Positions 23,870-35,663 of a DNA stretch of 64,000 nucleotides are shown here, piece by piece. The notes beneath the pieces are model-generated. The model did no database searches and had not been told where the DNA came from. It saw only the letters and a program-made list of their open reading frames with translations. A program made the translations under genes and the position numbers. The first letter of the stretch is position 1. Each line of letters opens with the position of its first letter. The stretch covers positions 12,833,375-12,897,374 of the forward strand of contig OZ316897.1 of NCBI GenBank assembly GCA_973895155.1. Direction: 5' to 3'. The DNA comes from Marsupella aquatica (taxonomy: Eukaryota > Plantae > Marchantiophyta).

Positions 23870-25923
23870 CCCCCCCCCCTTGACCCTTCCCTTTCTGTGC
23901 TCTAGAATTGGCCTCTGTGTTTCGAGTAGTTCTGACCTCTTCTGTTTCATCCAAAAAGAATATCCCACAATCACTGCCGACTGTCATGAACATAGTTGCA
24001 ACTCCTTCACGAAATGTGGGTTTATCCACCAAGTTATTGAAGTATATACTCTGCTTCACTCGGGTCAGCCGGTCCTTACTGAGATGAGGGTTCCCAACAA
24101 GCTGACTTACCAACGTACTTTTATAGATCTCTCGTCCATTATGAGTGACAGTTGGACACACTTCCTGTATGGGCGCCCCATAAACCAAGTTTGAATACAT
24201 TACATTCATGGTAGCCTCCAGTTCAGCCCCAGCCACCTCTAAATCTGGGTCTACCTCCCTATGGACCTCCCTCTCCTCGCCAATAGGAATGACAGTAGGG
24301 ATGACACCCGCCTGTAAGCTTGGGCCAGACATTGGGGCTGACATTGGTGTAGATGATGATGCAGTTCCAAGTACATTTTCAGTGGAGGTGGTTCTAGGGG
24401 TGGACTCAAGAGGTAGAGTATCCCGCACATCTACCAAGGTGTCCACATTGATATTACACCAGCCACCAAACTTGGTGCCTTTCTCCTCAACTTTCCATGG
24501 TGAATTCCACCATAGTTTGTTGTTGGCAGATGTTGAAGGATTCATTTGCAATTCAGTGGCTGCAGTTTGAGCCAACTTGAACCCCTCTTGCAAAGCCAGG
24601 ACGACATCTGCATCAGTCTCAATCCCTGTGTAATCTGATTGGTCTACCTCTATATCAGTCCCCTCTTCTGCAGGATGAAGAGTCATCCAAATGCTCTTAT
24701 GCTTTTTATGGCTCTGTCCAACACCCATCATTCCCTCTGCCAGATCCATTGCAGCCAACCTATTAAGGGAGGTTGCACACTCTATTAATTCTGCTATATC
24801 ATAGTTCCGCTCATTACCCCGCATACCCCCTACCTTGGAAAAAAACTGTTCACAAGCATCTGACCCGGTCAGATGTAATGGCACTGGCAGATGACGGAAA
24901 TTAGTCCTAAATTGAATTATCAAGAAGACTACAAAATGGACTGACATCTGTATGTCCAGGAAAGTTTGCATAGGGATGCAGCTCTTGGTAAAAGTTATAC
25001 TCTGTGTGTTACCTCCCACTGCATGATTACCATGGAAGCACCATAGACGCCACAACCTGAAAAAGAAACCCACTTTCCCACATAGGACAATTCTCTCTCG
25101 CAAAGTGAGTCGGGTATTCATAAATATGTCCAAGTAATCAGCACATATCCCTGTATAAACCTCAGTCCCAAGTGCTAGCTCCACCTTTGCATCCTTGCGC
25201 AATCGTAGCATCTTTAGCATGGAACTCACTTTGCGGCTACACAGCCTTTGTGCACTTGCCCAATTTTGCCTGTCTGCATGTCTTATGTCCTCCTCATTAA
25301 GACCATGCTCTTCATGCTCATATAAATGGTAGACATGTCTCAAGTGACTCAAGTTCGCCACCTGCGACCCTAATTTTAGGATTCGGGCAGTAGAATCCAG
25401 TGGATTAACTAGCTTCTTCCCATTGTGGATAAAATCCTGATCATGTAGCCTTGTTGCATGCCTCAATGTTCCATCATTGGTCATGGTGTGAGTCAGTTTC
25501 CAACCTTCCCACATCAGGTTTGGTGCTCTTGGCCCTGGTACCCCTCTTCCACTATAGTCCTCAAGCATGAGTTTTCGTCTTCGCAAATCCCCATCACTTG
25601 CGTGGCCTAGTAGAGGCCCCACCTTCTCTAGACAGAGGGTGGTCCACATTGAATCCATGTCACTCCACTGTCGCCTGACCCAAGGACTGTCAAACGTATT
25701 ACAAGTTGACGTGCCCAGTACAGGCAAGCCAGGGAACCCCACAGCAAGAGGATTCACTATCACACACCTTGCAAGGTGCCCTACCCTTGAATTATCAAAA
25801 GCACCTATAATGTTGTTGAAGCCAACTTCTCCCTGCCACACCTCTATTTGCAATCCAGTCTTATATTCATGGTTAGTTTTGCTTCCACAAAACCCAAGAA
25901 GTGTATCATCTTTAGGCAACCAT
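23715..25923 (-). CDS. P-like transposase, exon 2 (catalytic core)
   Basis: Motifs HASDGD (second D), DQDFIHNGKKLVN (DxxH), DRQNWASA, YLDIFMN and SDACEQFFS (E). Acceptor tttgcag at 25924. Confidence 0.85.
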
Positions 25924-26042
25924 CTGCAAAGAATGCAAGATGTCACTACTTTAGTGTATGTTCAAAGAACTCCACGTACTTGAACTAGAGAAGTCATTGA
26001 ACAGCTTTGACAAATATTCATAAGCTGTTGAAGGCAAATTAC

Positions 26043-28189
26043 CTGACTGTTCGCTTGACATAGGTCTCGTCCTCTGCCAGAAAACAGGGAATTGGGCCTG
26101 ATATATCCAGGCGTTTTTTTATTTCAGAGTAGATCTCTGCAATAAACTTGAATTGAGATTCATGGATCCTTGCTCTGAACACTGGCATACCTCTCCTGTC
26201 TCGTTGTAGGGTGTTTAAACTAGGCCCTATTCCGTTAGTGGCAAGGCAGTCAACTACATGACGCCCACCATGCAAGAACAATGTTTGGCATAAAAGCTTT
26301 GTTCCTGGCTTATATCTATAACCTTCCTTCTCTTTGTTCAAGTTCGAAGCTATATCTGACAACATATCCCATAGAGCACCCCTTCCACCAAAAGCACCCC
26401 TTTTGTGTGCTAAAACTATTGACTGGCAAGTTTTCAAGACAGATTCCTTGTTTGGACCCTGATAGTTGAGGAAAACCTCCCTCACACTTGGAATTGAGGA
26501 CTTAAACATAAGCAATTTGTGGCTGAGGAATCTCTGTAACTTTCTCTCTCTGCAAAGAGTATTCCTATACACTTTAGCTTGCCTCTGAATCTCAAAAATG
26601 TTGAGGTACCTTAGGCGCCTACCCTTCCCAGTCCCTCTCAAACCCCGTTTCTCAAGGGCTTTATCTTCTCTTGATACCCTTTGTCTAAAGTCATCTAATG
26701 TTTTTATGGAAAAACATTTTGAGCATGTCAAATCTTCAAAACCACCCCCTTCTTGTGAAATTCGCCTACATTCGGAATGTCTGAATAAACCCATGATCAC
26801 ACAAGTCTCTTGAGTGGACAAACACCACACCTCTACCCTGACCAGAGGCTCTGCAAACCACTTCCCCTCTACTTTGACTTGGTCGTTCAAGACTCCCTTG
26901 ATAGGCCTGGATTCTGAACCATATTGTACCTCATCCCGCCATAGACCCCAACACAAAAGTGAGAAGTTATCAATAATACCTCTGTCATTGTCTGTTGTAG
27001 GCACTCGAGAGGAACTGCTGGAAGCACCTGCAGCGGACGAATGGCTCAAAAACCCCTGGATTGTCCGTTGTTTGACATCCCTCCCATCCACAGTTCGGGG
27101 TCTTCCAGGACGTCCTGACATGATAGGCTCGTTTCTTGCAGGCTTCTGACTTTTTGTCACGTAATCAAGATGACTCAACCCACTACAATGAGCATTGAGG
27201 TTGGACTCCAAGTTCCGTTGCTTTGGTATCAATGACATGTGGCACAGACAAAAATTGCAGAAAAGCTTCAACCTGTGCAGCTCCACCGGGTCCTTTTGGA
27301 CATCACCCACAACAGTAAATGTATCCCGACCGACACTCTGGGTCTCATTAACCTTTGCAACTATGCTCAGATGCTGGTCTAGTATGGCTCTATCGCTCAT
27401 ACTAGTAGCAAGAGCCCTTCTTGAAATCTCCCGTGGATCCACAGTTTCCCCCCTGTTTGATGCAACACGGGCTGTATGCTTGGATGAGCGCAAATGCTTG
27501 CTCTTGTAGTTTGTGAAAGCATTGTTGATGGATATTTTATCCATCAATCCTCCCTTTGAGGTCCCCTCCACCCGAGTGTCACACTCACAACACTCAAGAT
27601 GTCCCCTTGGTAGGTTGTCTTTGTCCCAGGTTTTGACCTTCCATTTGTGATCACCACATTTAATAGACTCCATGTAAGCCAACAACTTCTCCACAGATGA
27701 TGTCCATACTCTCTTAAGATCATTGGACATCACTTCAGACAGAAATGTGACTTGTAGATCAGGCTCAGGCTCAAGCTCAGGCTCGGGCTCAGATGATGGA
27801 GCCTCAGAATGTCGACTAGGGCCCAATTCGGGTTTGTCCATGATCGGAGAAGTGGCACACTCATCACTCTCAGTCCAGGATGGCCCATTTGAGGCATTGC
27901 TACTTCGGAGGACTTGATGCGGTCCTACCAGCACATTCTGAATGGGAGCATCACTACCATTCACGGGGATGATAATGATCTTCCCCCCAAAATCCTCAAT
28001 GAGATTGAGTTTCTCCCATTTTCTCTGCATTCTTGTATTGAGACTGACATCAATAAAGTCAAAGTCAAACTGTGACTCCAACTTTAGTCTGACGTCAGCA
28101 AAATATTCGCCTATGAGGTAGCTATATGATGACACTGGCTTCCGCTCCTCACCTTCGGAGTCTACTTGAAATAGTGTGGTGGGCGGCAT
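26043..28189 (-). CDS. P-like transposase, exon 1 (two C2H2-like fingers and first catalytic D)
   Basis: CCEC...KHLRSSKH and CNFC...AHCSGLSH fingers, and FLAEDET (first D). A 119-bp GT-AG intron at 25924-26042 joins AG|A (Arg) in phase to exon 2 (KRTVR-WLPK). Confidence 0.85.
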
Positions 28190-28415
28190 TCTATCACACC
28201 CTCGTTTGTAACCCTATGCACCTCACATGGGCCTGCAAACATTTGAGAATACAATATGACCATCAACACCATGAGGGTCAACTTCCTATGTTTTCATTAG
28301 GCAGACAACATAGGTTCTACTACAAAATGATGAGTGTGGAAGAATAAATGATAAGTCTGAGGGATAAGATTAACAGAAAGAAGCTAGTTAGAGGGATAAG
28401 ATTGACAAAAAGAAG

Positions 28416-31400
28416 TCAGAGGGATAACATGGATAGAACGACAGAGTATTCTAGCCCAACAGACGTTTGGAGACCGCCTCCACTGGAACAATCCCACGAG
28501 GGCCTTGCCCCATCCCGGCCATTTCTCGTGGTGATTGGCTTTGCAAGGTCCATTGCTGCTTTCTCCGAGAATTTCGGGTGGGAAGGGACGTACCCTTTGC
28601 ATGCAAGGATTCCAATTTTGGCGTAAGCACAAGAGAGCATGGGATCCGCACATGACCATTTAAGCTTGTCCCATTCAGAGCTTGTCCCGGTCCCAGTTAA
28701 TGTACTAGGTCCATGTACGGTCGGGGCCAGGCCCACACTCCAATCCCTCTCCTCCAATAGTCAGTTGGGCTTTGCAGAGTCACTATTGATACCAGCAGAG
28801 AAGCTGAGACTAGACCACCCAAGCCCTATTACCTAATAGGCTCTAAGCACTCAACGCCCCCTATATACACTTTTTGGGCAACCTGTTTCGAAATTAATAG
28901 AGCGCTAGACTGCCAGCGACCAAATCTAGCAGTCTCCAATGGGGGCATTACTTCCCCATGGTCTCTGATTAATTCGATGGGCCCTGCAAACAAGTTCTAA
29001 ATCTACAGCGGAAAGTGACAAAGCTAAAATGATAACTTACCTGAGAACACACAATGCCCTGTACATTATCCTTTGATAACAGAAGTGCAAAATACAAGGA
29101 AAGAAAGCACTAGGGAAGAATATTGCTTGGCTGTACCTTGGAGTTCAAATGGCAGATCAGTACAAGAGAGTGCTCGCACGTAGAGAGAGCACGACGCAAA
29201 TGCCCTGAAAAACATCATAGCATTTCAGAACCAGGAAACAACATAAACATATATAATGCTTGTTACTTTGCAAGTTCTTAAAACTATACATCGATCTATC
29301 CAGTACATAGATCAATCATTAAACCAAGCCTTACCTTTTGGTTTGCTAGATAGGCCGACTCATCATCCACGGGTCCATCAACTTTTGCAATTATCCTAGG
29401 ACGTAAAAACACCAGAGTTAGTTTTAAGTATTGGCAAGTCCATCAGCTCCACAATTTTTATGGCATGCCTTTCAGATACAATGATAGGATTGTCATCATA
29501 GTTTCTTGCATAAGAGACTCAGACTGCCTAAACCAAGGATGACATAAGAATTGATGAGACTGATGAACACATGATAAGTTAATTCCAAAATGAGTGTTGG
29601 ATCAACACCATACACTTTTTACAAAATGACCTATCCATGAGGTCGTGTAAGCCTAAATTCCATCTAGACCACAAAACGCTGCACCTAATGACATACCTAG
29701 GGACCGTCATTAAGTCCTAACACAAAGGGGTCAGTGTTCCAAAGCTGGCACACTTTCCACCAACGCTTTTTAGCAAAGACATCATTGTCCTTCACATCTG
29801 CATCAGGATCTACATCGCATGAAGGACATTTTGCATCTAAAGCATGGATGCAACCTGCAGCAACAGTGTACTGTACGCCTTCTACCTCACGCGTGAAAAG
29901 AATGGACACAGGGTTCATATACTTTTCCCACATAGACACCCATCTCATCCTAGGGGGAGGAGCAGCCCCAAAAAGGATGGTAACAGGTAACTCCGTTCGA
30001 AACAACCCTAAGGCCTTCAATTTACAACGAAGCCTTACTGCCTTCTCGTAAAGAAGACCTACTGATTGGCTTTGGGTGATTACCATTGCTGTACCCCTGT
30101 GTTACCTTGGCGACAGAAGACTCTTTGACTCTAAACTTCAATCACAACTTGCACAGCGCCTAGTCCAGTCAGCTACCTGCACGCAAAAGATATATTTGAG
30201 TCATTAAACCCAAAATTAAAGCACGTACAATAAATCAATCAGCTACAGATGAAGATAATATGGAAGACCAAAAACCAGTACCAAGAGAATGTATATGAAT
30301 TACCAACCTATAGTCTCACGGCTGACTTTTCCAAAATGTCAAGGCTAGCTCGTGGTGCTGTGTAATCCTCAACCAAGAACTCTTCTGTGGCAAGCAATGC
30401 ATACCAGATCAGTATGATTCAGATTAGCAACTACTGATTTCAACAATGCAGTAGAAAAGTTGAAGCAGATTCTCTAGCAATAGCATAAACTAAGCTAAGC
30501 CAAACAAATCAGACAAACACTACAACTTTGCAACAGCCAAGGAAAAGAATGTACCTTGACTTCCACCTTTTGGGCTTCTTGACACTTTTGGCGGGATGAC
30601 TGTGCCCCAACGCCTGAATACACAGGAATGCTTGGACGATGACCTTAGTCTGCAATGTCCTTCACCCCCGATGCCTCGCGCGGTGCCTGGAAAAGACAAC
30701 AATCCATTGCCTTCAGATTGCAGACAAACACAAATTTTAACCACTTGCACCGTCAAAGCAATCGATGCAAAAAAAAGCTCTACAAAAGAATCGGTACAGA
30801 TGCAGGCTTCCCTCTCTTGAAAGAGTGTGCGGCCCATTAATGAAGTCATCTATTGTTGACTGTAAATGTCCAATTCTAATTCTAATGCTGCTAACCTTTG
30901 CTTCCACCTTGTTGTCTTGTTGTTGCTTGCCTCCTATTGATGGAGTCTGCAAGCGGGTCCGCAAGGCCTTCACATAAAAATTGGATGGATCCCTAAACCA
31001 TAGTCACACAGACAAATATAGTAAGCCCCAAGCGGGGCCCCGAGACCTTAAAAAGGCGCAACATCGGGCACAACATCGGGCACAACATGCCTATGTGCAT
31101 AGGTCGGGGGTGCTCACCTTCACTTTGGTCCACCTTCTTGCCTTGTGAGTGCCCCCTCCAATCACTGTCTCCAAAATTGAATGTTGCAGCTCGCAGATGC
31201 AGGTCTGCATCACAATGTACAGACCCCGGTACAGACCTAATCAAGATGGATAATCTCAAACTGATTTCAGCATTAGATTAAAAAAGGTCGGATCGTAGCT
31301 CTAGCAAAACATTGAAGCACAACTGTTTGGAAAGATGAATTAATTGAAGGAAAATAGTAAACCTTCAATTGCACCTTCGGGCCTTGTTGCGGCCTCGTCC

Positions 31401-32850
31401 CTCCAATAAACTGAGCCTGAATGCTGAAAAACAGAACAATCCCATAGATCACCTCAGTCTACAATATTGGGGCTCCCCATTGCCCAAAACAAACAGCAAT
31501 CCGGCCCTACGTAAATCTTATCTACCCACAGGATTGAAGTGCTTGCAAAACAAGAAGCATTGATTCAATCTCTTCAAAACAATTGCTACACATGCAATCC
31601 CTCTCCTGAAGTGTGCGGCCCAATAATTTTACAGTGTGGTCCAAAGGTCGGAGGTAGTCACCTACCCACCTTCTTGTCTTCTTTCCGCCCCTTCTCCAAT
31701 TGATGGAGCCCGCAATGCCAAGAAAAAACCTGAATGGACCCCTACAACATAGATTGAGAGAAATTCACAGTTAGCCCGAGACCTTACAAATGCCAGACAT
31801 GGACAAATGTAAATGTTGAAAGTTCAGGGGTATTTACCTATGCTTCCACCATTCTCGTCCCGGGTTCTCGTCTTGTTGCCGCTCCCCCTCCAATAGATAT
31901 ATGGAGCCCGCAATGTCAATAAAACTGAATCAATCCCTCAACCAGACTGAGAAAGATTCACAGTTTGCGGAAACCCTTAAAATGCCAGAGAGATGGAAAA
32001 CAAATGCAAATGTGCATAGGTTGGTGGTGCTCACCTTCACGTCCACCTTCTCGCGTTGTGAGTGCTTCCCTCTGATTGACGTCGCCCCCAACACCCCAAG
32101 GAAAACGTACTGACAGTAGGGTCGCAGATGCTGAATGCAAGAACCGGCCAGAAAAATTAGTCCATTCAACCTTTGTGCAACAAAATTGGATTGAAAGGCC
32201 GAGATTGGCCTCCGCTACAGCATATGATAGCGGACAACAGTGAGAACGAGTCCGAGTAACATCTAGAAATTCAAAAGCTGAAAGTGGACTTGGATGGAGT
32301 ACAGCGCACCTATCGGCCTCCACAACCTTGCCTCCACAGCTTTAGCTCCACTGAGTGATGATGCACAACAATGACAAGAACACAAATGAGACGGACAACT
32401 CGCTAGTGTGGACGGCAACAAGCAGACAAGCAATCAGCAGTTGAGCGATGAGTAGATGAGAACAATCGGACCAGTGATAGGAGGACGAGCAATGGTGGAC
32501 AAGCCGACGAGCAATGGTGGACGAGGAACAAGCAATGGTGGTCAAGAAACAAGCTGATGAGCAAAATGAGAACGGGCAGCAAGCAATGGTGGTCGAGCAA
32601 CTAAGAACTAAACAAAGCAAAAACCACAAACAGACATGCAAATGTGCGTAGCTCAAGATGCTCACCTTGTCTTATTGATGTCCACTCAAATCAATGGAGC
32701 CACCAATGCTCAAAGCAACAACAATCAATCCCTGCGCCCAGACGCTGACAAACCAATTTTAAGTTTGGCCCTAGAACTTAAAAGTATGAGACTAGAAGAA
32801 AAATGCGAATGTGAATAGGTCCACAGATCACCTTAACTTCGGCCTTCTTG
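28416..32850 (-). pseudogene. Putative second, multi-exon gene of the transposon (damaged)
   Basis: A series of ag|exon|gt units on the minus strand. Exons at about 29137-29204, 29041-29058 and 28883-28984 splice in phase. There is a 129-codon block at 29697-30086 and an in-frame TGA near 28762. The exon model is incomplete. Confidence 0.4.
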
Positions 32851-33130
32851 TCTTGTTGCCGTCCACACCGTTCTCACCGACACAAGGCCCAAAGACAGCC
32901 GACCCCACACAAACCCGCAAGTGATTAGAGCTCTGGAGGGACAGAGCGATGGCGGGAGCGATGGTGGACAAGCAAAGAGCGATGGTGGACGAGCAAAGAG
33001 CAATGGTGGACCAGTGACAAGCGATGGTGGACGAGCACTCACGCAGGGCAACAGGCAACAAGCAACAAGTAGAGCGATGAGCGGAGCGATCGGAGGACCA
33101 ACGAGCGGAGCGATGAGCAATGGCGGGCGA
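32480..33130. repeat. Subterminal short-repeat arrays of the transposon
   Basis: gc(a/g)atggtggac(g/a)agc units clustered at about 32485-32600 and 32945-33035. Confidence 0.7.
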
Positions 33131-33696
33131 CAGAGTGAACCAGGCGAGGGTCGACAACAGAGTGACCGGGAATCGGGACGCGAATGCAGTGTCGAGTAAG
33201 GGCAAAAACTTCTAATGGACACGGATTGACTCATTGGAGGGTGGAGATCTTCCCTCCCTCGCATCCAATGGCCAGCACTTTGCATTAAGTGCTTTCTAAA
33301 ACCCTAAGCCCTAAAAGCCCGCCCAAAGGACACCGTACTAATGTAAACCCCCCCTAAATCCCCGAACCCGGGCTGCCAATTCAAACTCCCAACCCTCACT
33401 TAAACTTGACCACACATATACTTGCCTTACAATAGGCAAGTATTTACATTGCAATATTCCTCCATGCAATTAGGTGTTGACAAGTGGGCCACTAATACCA
33501 TGACGCGTGGCACCGGGGAAAAAACAACCCTTCCAGAAATTTAAGATGTATGCTATTTCATAAGTACCTATTTACTTATATTTGAGTTTAGGAATAGAAT
33601 TGCGGGTTGGGGTCTTCTAAGTCAATTATAATTATTAGTTCAAAATGAATAAAATCCACCCTTCGAGCGTTCGCACATCCTACCCGTATTAGTTAA

Positions 33697-33712
33697 GACT
33701 GAGGGCCCAGGG
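33697..33712. repeat. Right terminal inverted repeat GACTGAGGGCCCAGGG
   Basis: Exact reverse complement of 22079-22094. Confidence 0.95.
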
Positions 33713-34944
33713 GGTGTCGTCCAGCTTCTTGAGATCCGCTTGAGCCCTGCTCAACTCCTGGGTTAGTCCATCCCGCTGTTCGACGATGCGGACTAACTCC
33801 TCACGGTGGGTAGTGGCCTCCTCCTCGAGGTGTTCTACCAGCATTTGGAGGCGCCCAATCTCGTTCCCCTTTGCCATAAGTTCTTCCTCCAAGCGGCTTA
33901 CAATCCGTGGTTGGTGTTCTAACATGAAGAAGGCGGGTTGAAAGTACGTCGAGACTTGTTGTCTGATGTACGTCGCTAGCTCCCCTGACAAAGTCTGACT
34001 AAACTTTTGGACCAGGTCGTAGGCCATGGTCCCCGGGGCTACTTGGTAGTCCTCCATCCTCTCGGGTACCGGTGGTTCCTCGGGCGGGGCAACGAGCTCC
34101 TCCGTAGTCTGCACTGGGGAGGGGAAGGTTTCTTCAGGTGGTGGAGGGATTGGAGGTGGTTGTACTGGGGGTAGCGGAGGCTCGACGGAAGGGGGCAGCG
34201 GAATTTCAACCCGGGGAGGTGATGGAGTATTAGTCGGGGCCTCCGGCTCGGGGTTTGCCCGAGGCGAGGTAGTCCGCTCGCTCGGGGTAGCCTCTTCCGG
34301 AGTGGGGGGGACATTAGTCGGGGCTGAGGTGGCCATATTCTTTCCCCTGGCCTCCCGCCATGCCTTGTACCAGGCGAGGATGATGGCGATATGACTTCCC
34401 AGGTAAGTCTTTCCCCCGATAGCCATTCCTCTTTGAGCCCGCTTAAGCTCTCCCGAGAACCTACGGTAAAAGAATTGGGCCCAATTCCACCGCTTGTACT
34501 GTTTCACCTGTACGATTGTGCAGAGTGAGATCTCGGATCGTGGCTCGATCATGTGTAGGGTAGTCCGTATGAAGTTAAGCCGCTCCATACAGATTAAGTT
34601 GGTGCACGACACCTGCTTGTATCCGTTGTCTGTCTTCCCTTCGGGTTTGAAGTGCCGAGGTGTATACTCCTTGTCCCAAATTTGGAGCTCAACCGACACC
34701 GGCCCGGTTGGCAGGCAGAAGATCTGTGCTAGCCGATGCTCCATGAGTGATAAGGTCTGCCTTGAAACCTTGGTGGTTATGCGTTAGTGTCAAAATTGGA
34801 GATGAACTCATAAATCTCCTTTGGCCCGGTGGCGCACGGTCTCTATAGCAAGTGAGCGAACTGCTCCAACTGATGCTCCTTGAGATAGTCCGCGTGGTCG
34901 ATTTTTTTGATCGCGATCCAGACTACTTCGGGGACGTGGATTAC
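33713..34944 (-). pseudogene. 5' part of the LTR-borne ORF: retrotransposon accessory ('putative plant transposon protein'-like) domain, Pro-rich linker and coiled coil
   Basis: After the acceptor ttattacag| at 34945 the frame reads ...EIYEFISNFD...LAQIFCLP...WNWAQFFY..F..EL. It has one stop and one frameshift upstream of 34744, then 344 open codons to the insertion site. Confidence 0.65.
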
Positions 34945-35180
34945 CTGTAATAAATTAGACTTTGGATTATCCGCGGGCCGTTGGGTCTGGTTGGTCGGGG
35001 GATTTGTCGGGGCAAGTGCAGGGGTGGCGTTGGTTCACGTTGTTGGTTCTGGGGCCGGCGTCATTCTTGCCCATTTCTGAGAACGCTGCTCAAGTTGCGG
35101 ACTAACCCGCTCGAAATCCGAGGAACACTCGGTGTTGATCACTGGACGGACTTGGGACCGGTTCGGTGGCATGTCGGTGG

Positions 35181-35663
35181 TCATCGGCTGAGGGGCTGGG
35201 GGTGGTGTCGGGGTAGCCATATCCCAATTGAAGGCGTTGGAGCTTTATCCGAGGAACATAAGGTTACGCGCCGCTTCCCGTTGTCTGCTAATGTCTTCTT
35301 CACGCTTCTCAGCCGCATCTGCTGGTCAATGTATCCCAGAATCTTGTCGAACTCCGCTGGAGTCAGTCTCTGGCTGCCCCTCAGCCTAAAGAACTTCGCG
35401 GGAACTTCAAGAATCGCCTCCGCCACCGATCTGAACCCTTCCTCGCTGATATATAGCTCGGTGATGTAATCCCGCAGCTCGTTGTAACTGGAATCCCTGG
35501 TGATGGCTGTCTTCTCACAGTTAACCTGTGCTACTTTGGCCACTAGCTTTGCGTATCTTCGTTTGTAAGCAGCTTTCTCGGGGCAAGAGTACCAATAAGT
35601 CTCGGAGAATTTAGCACCAACCTCGCCAAACAAGGTCCAAAATCCCAAGGCTGTAAGGGTCAT
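35181..35663 (-). CDS. Hypothetical ORF within the LTR-like element (160 aa)
   Basis: ATG-initiated frame with protein-like composition. No family recognised. Confidence 0.35.
   Translation of the reverse strand: MTLTALGFWTLFGEVGAKFSETYWYSCPEKAAYKRRYAKLVAKVAQVNCEKTAITRDSSYNELRDYITELYISEEGFRSVAEAILEVPAKFFRLRGSQRLTPAEFDKILGYIDQQMRLRSVKKTLADNGKRRVTLCSSDKAPTPSIGIWLPRHHPQPLSR

Larger units (their letters stand above)
22079..33712 (-). mobile_element. Complete 11,634-bp cut-and-paste DNA transposon, P-superfamily-like
   Basis: Perfect 16-bp TIRs, perfect 8-bp TSD GGTGTCGT (22071-22078 and 33713-33720), and an internal DDE transposase with P/THAP9 motifs. Confidence 0.92.

Noticed and set aside
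23880-27917. Plus-strand ORFs overlapping the transposase, and minus-strand ORFs overlapping ADH
   Set aside because: They are antisense shadows of real coding frames with no motifs of their own.
32342-33285. ORFs of 92-150 aa near the transposon's right end, and at 39702-40198
   Set aside because: They derive from low-complexity short-repeat arrays.
22079-33712. Assignment to hAT (8-bp TSD), piggyBac (CCC ends) or CACTA
   Set aside because: There is no TTAA or 2-3-bp TSD and no hAT RW or dimerisation motifs; the DxxH and DxxExFF motifs fit P-type enzymes better.
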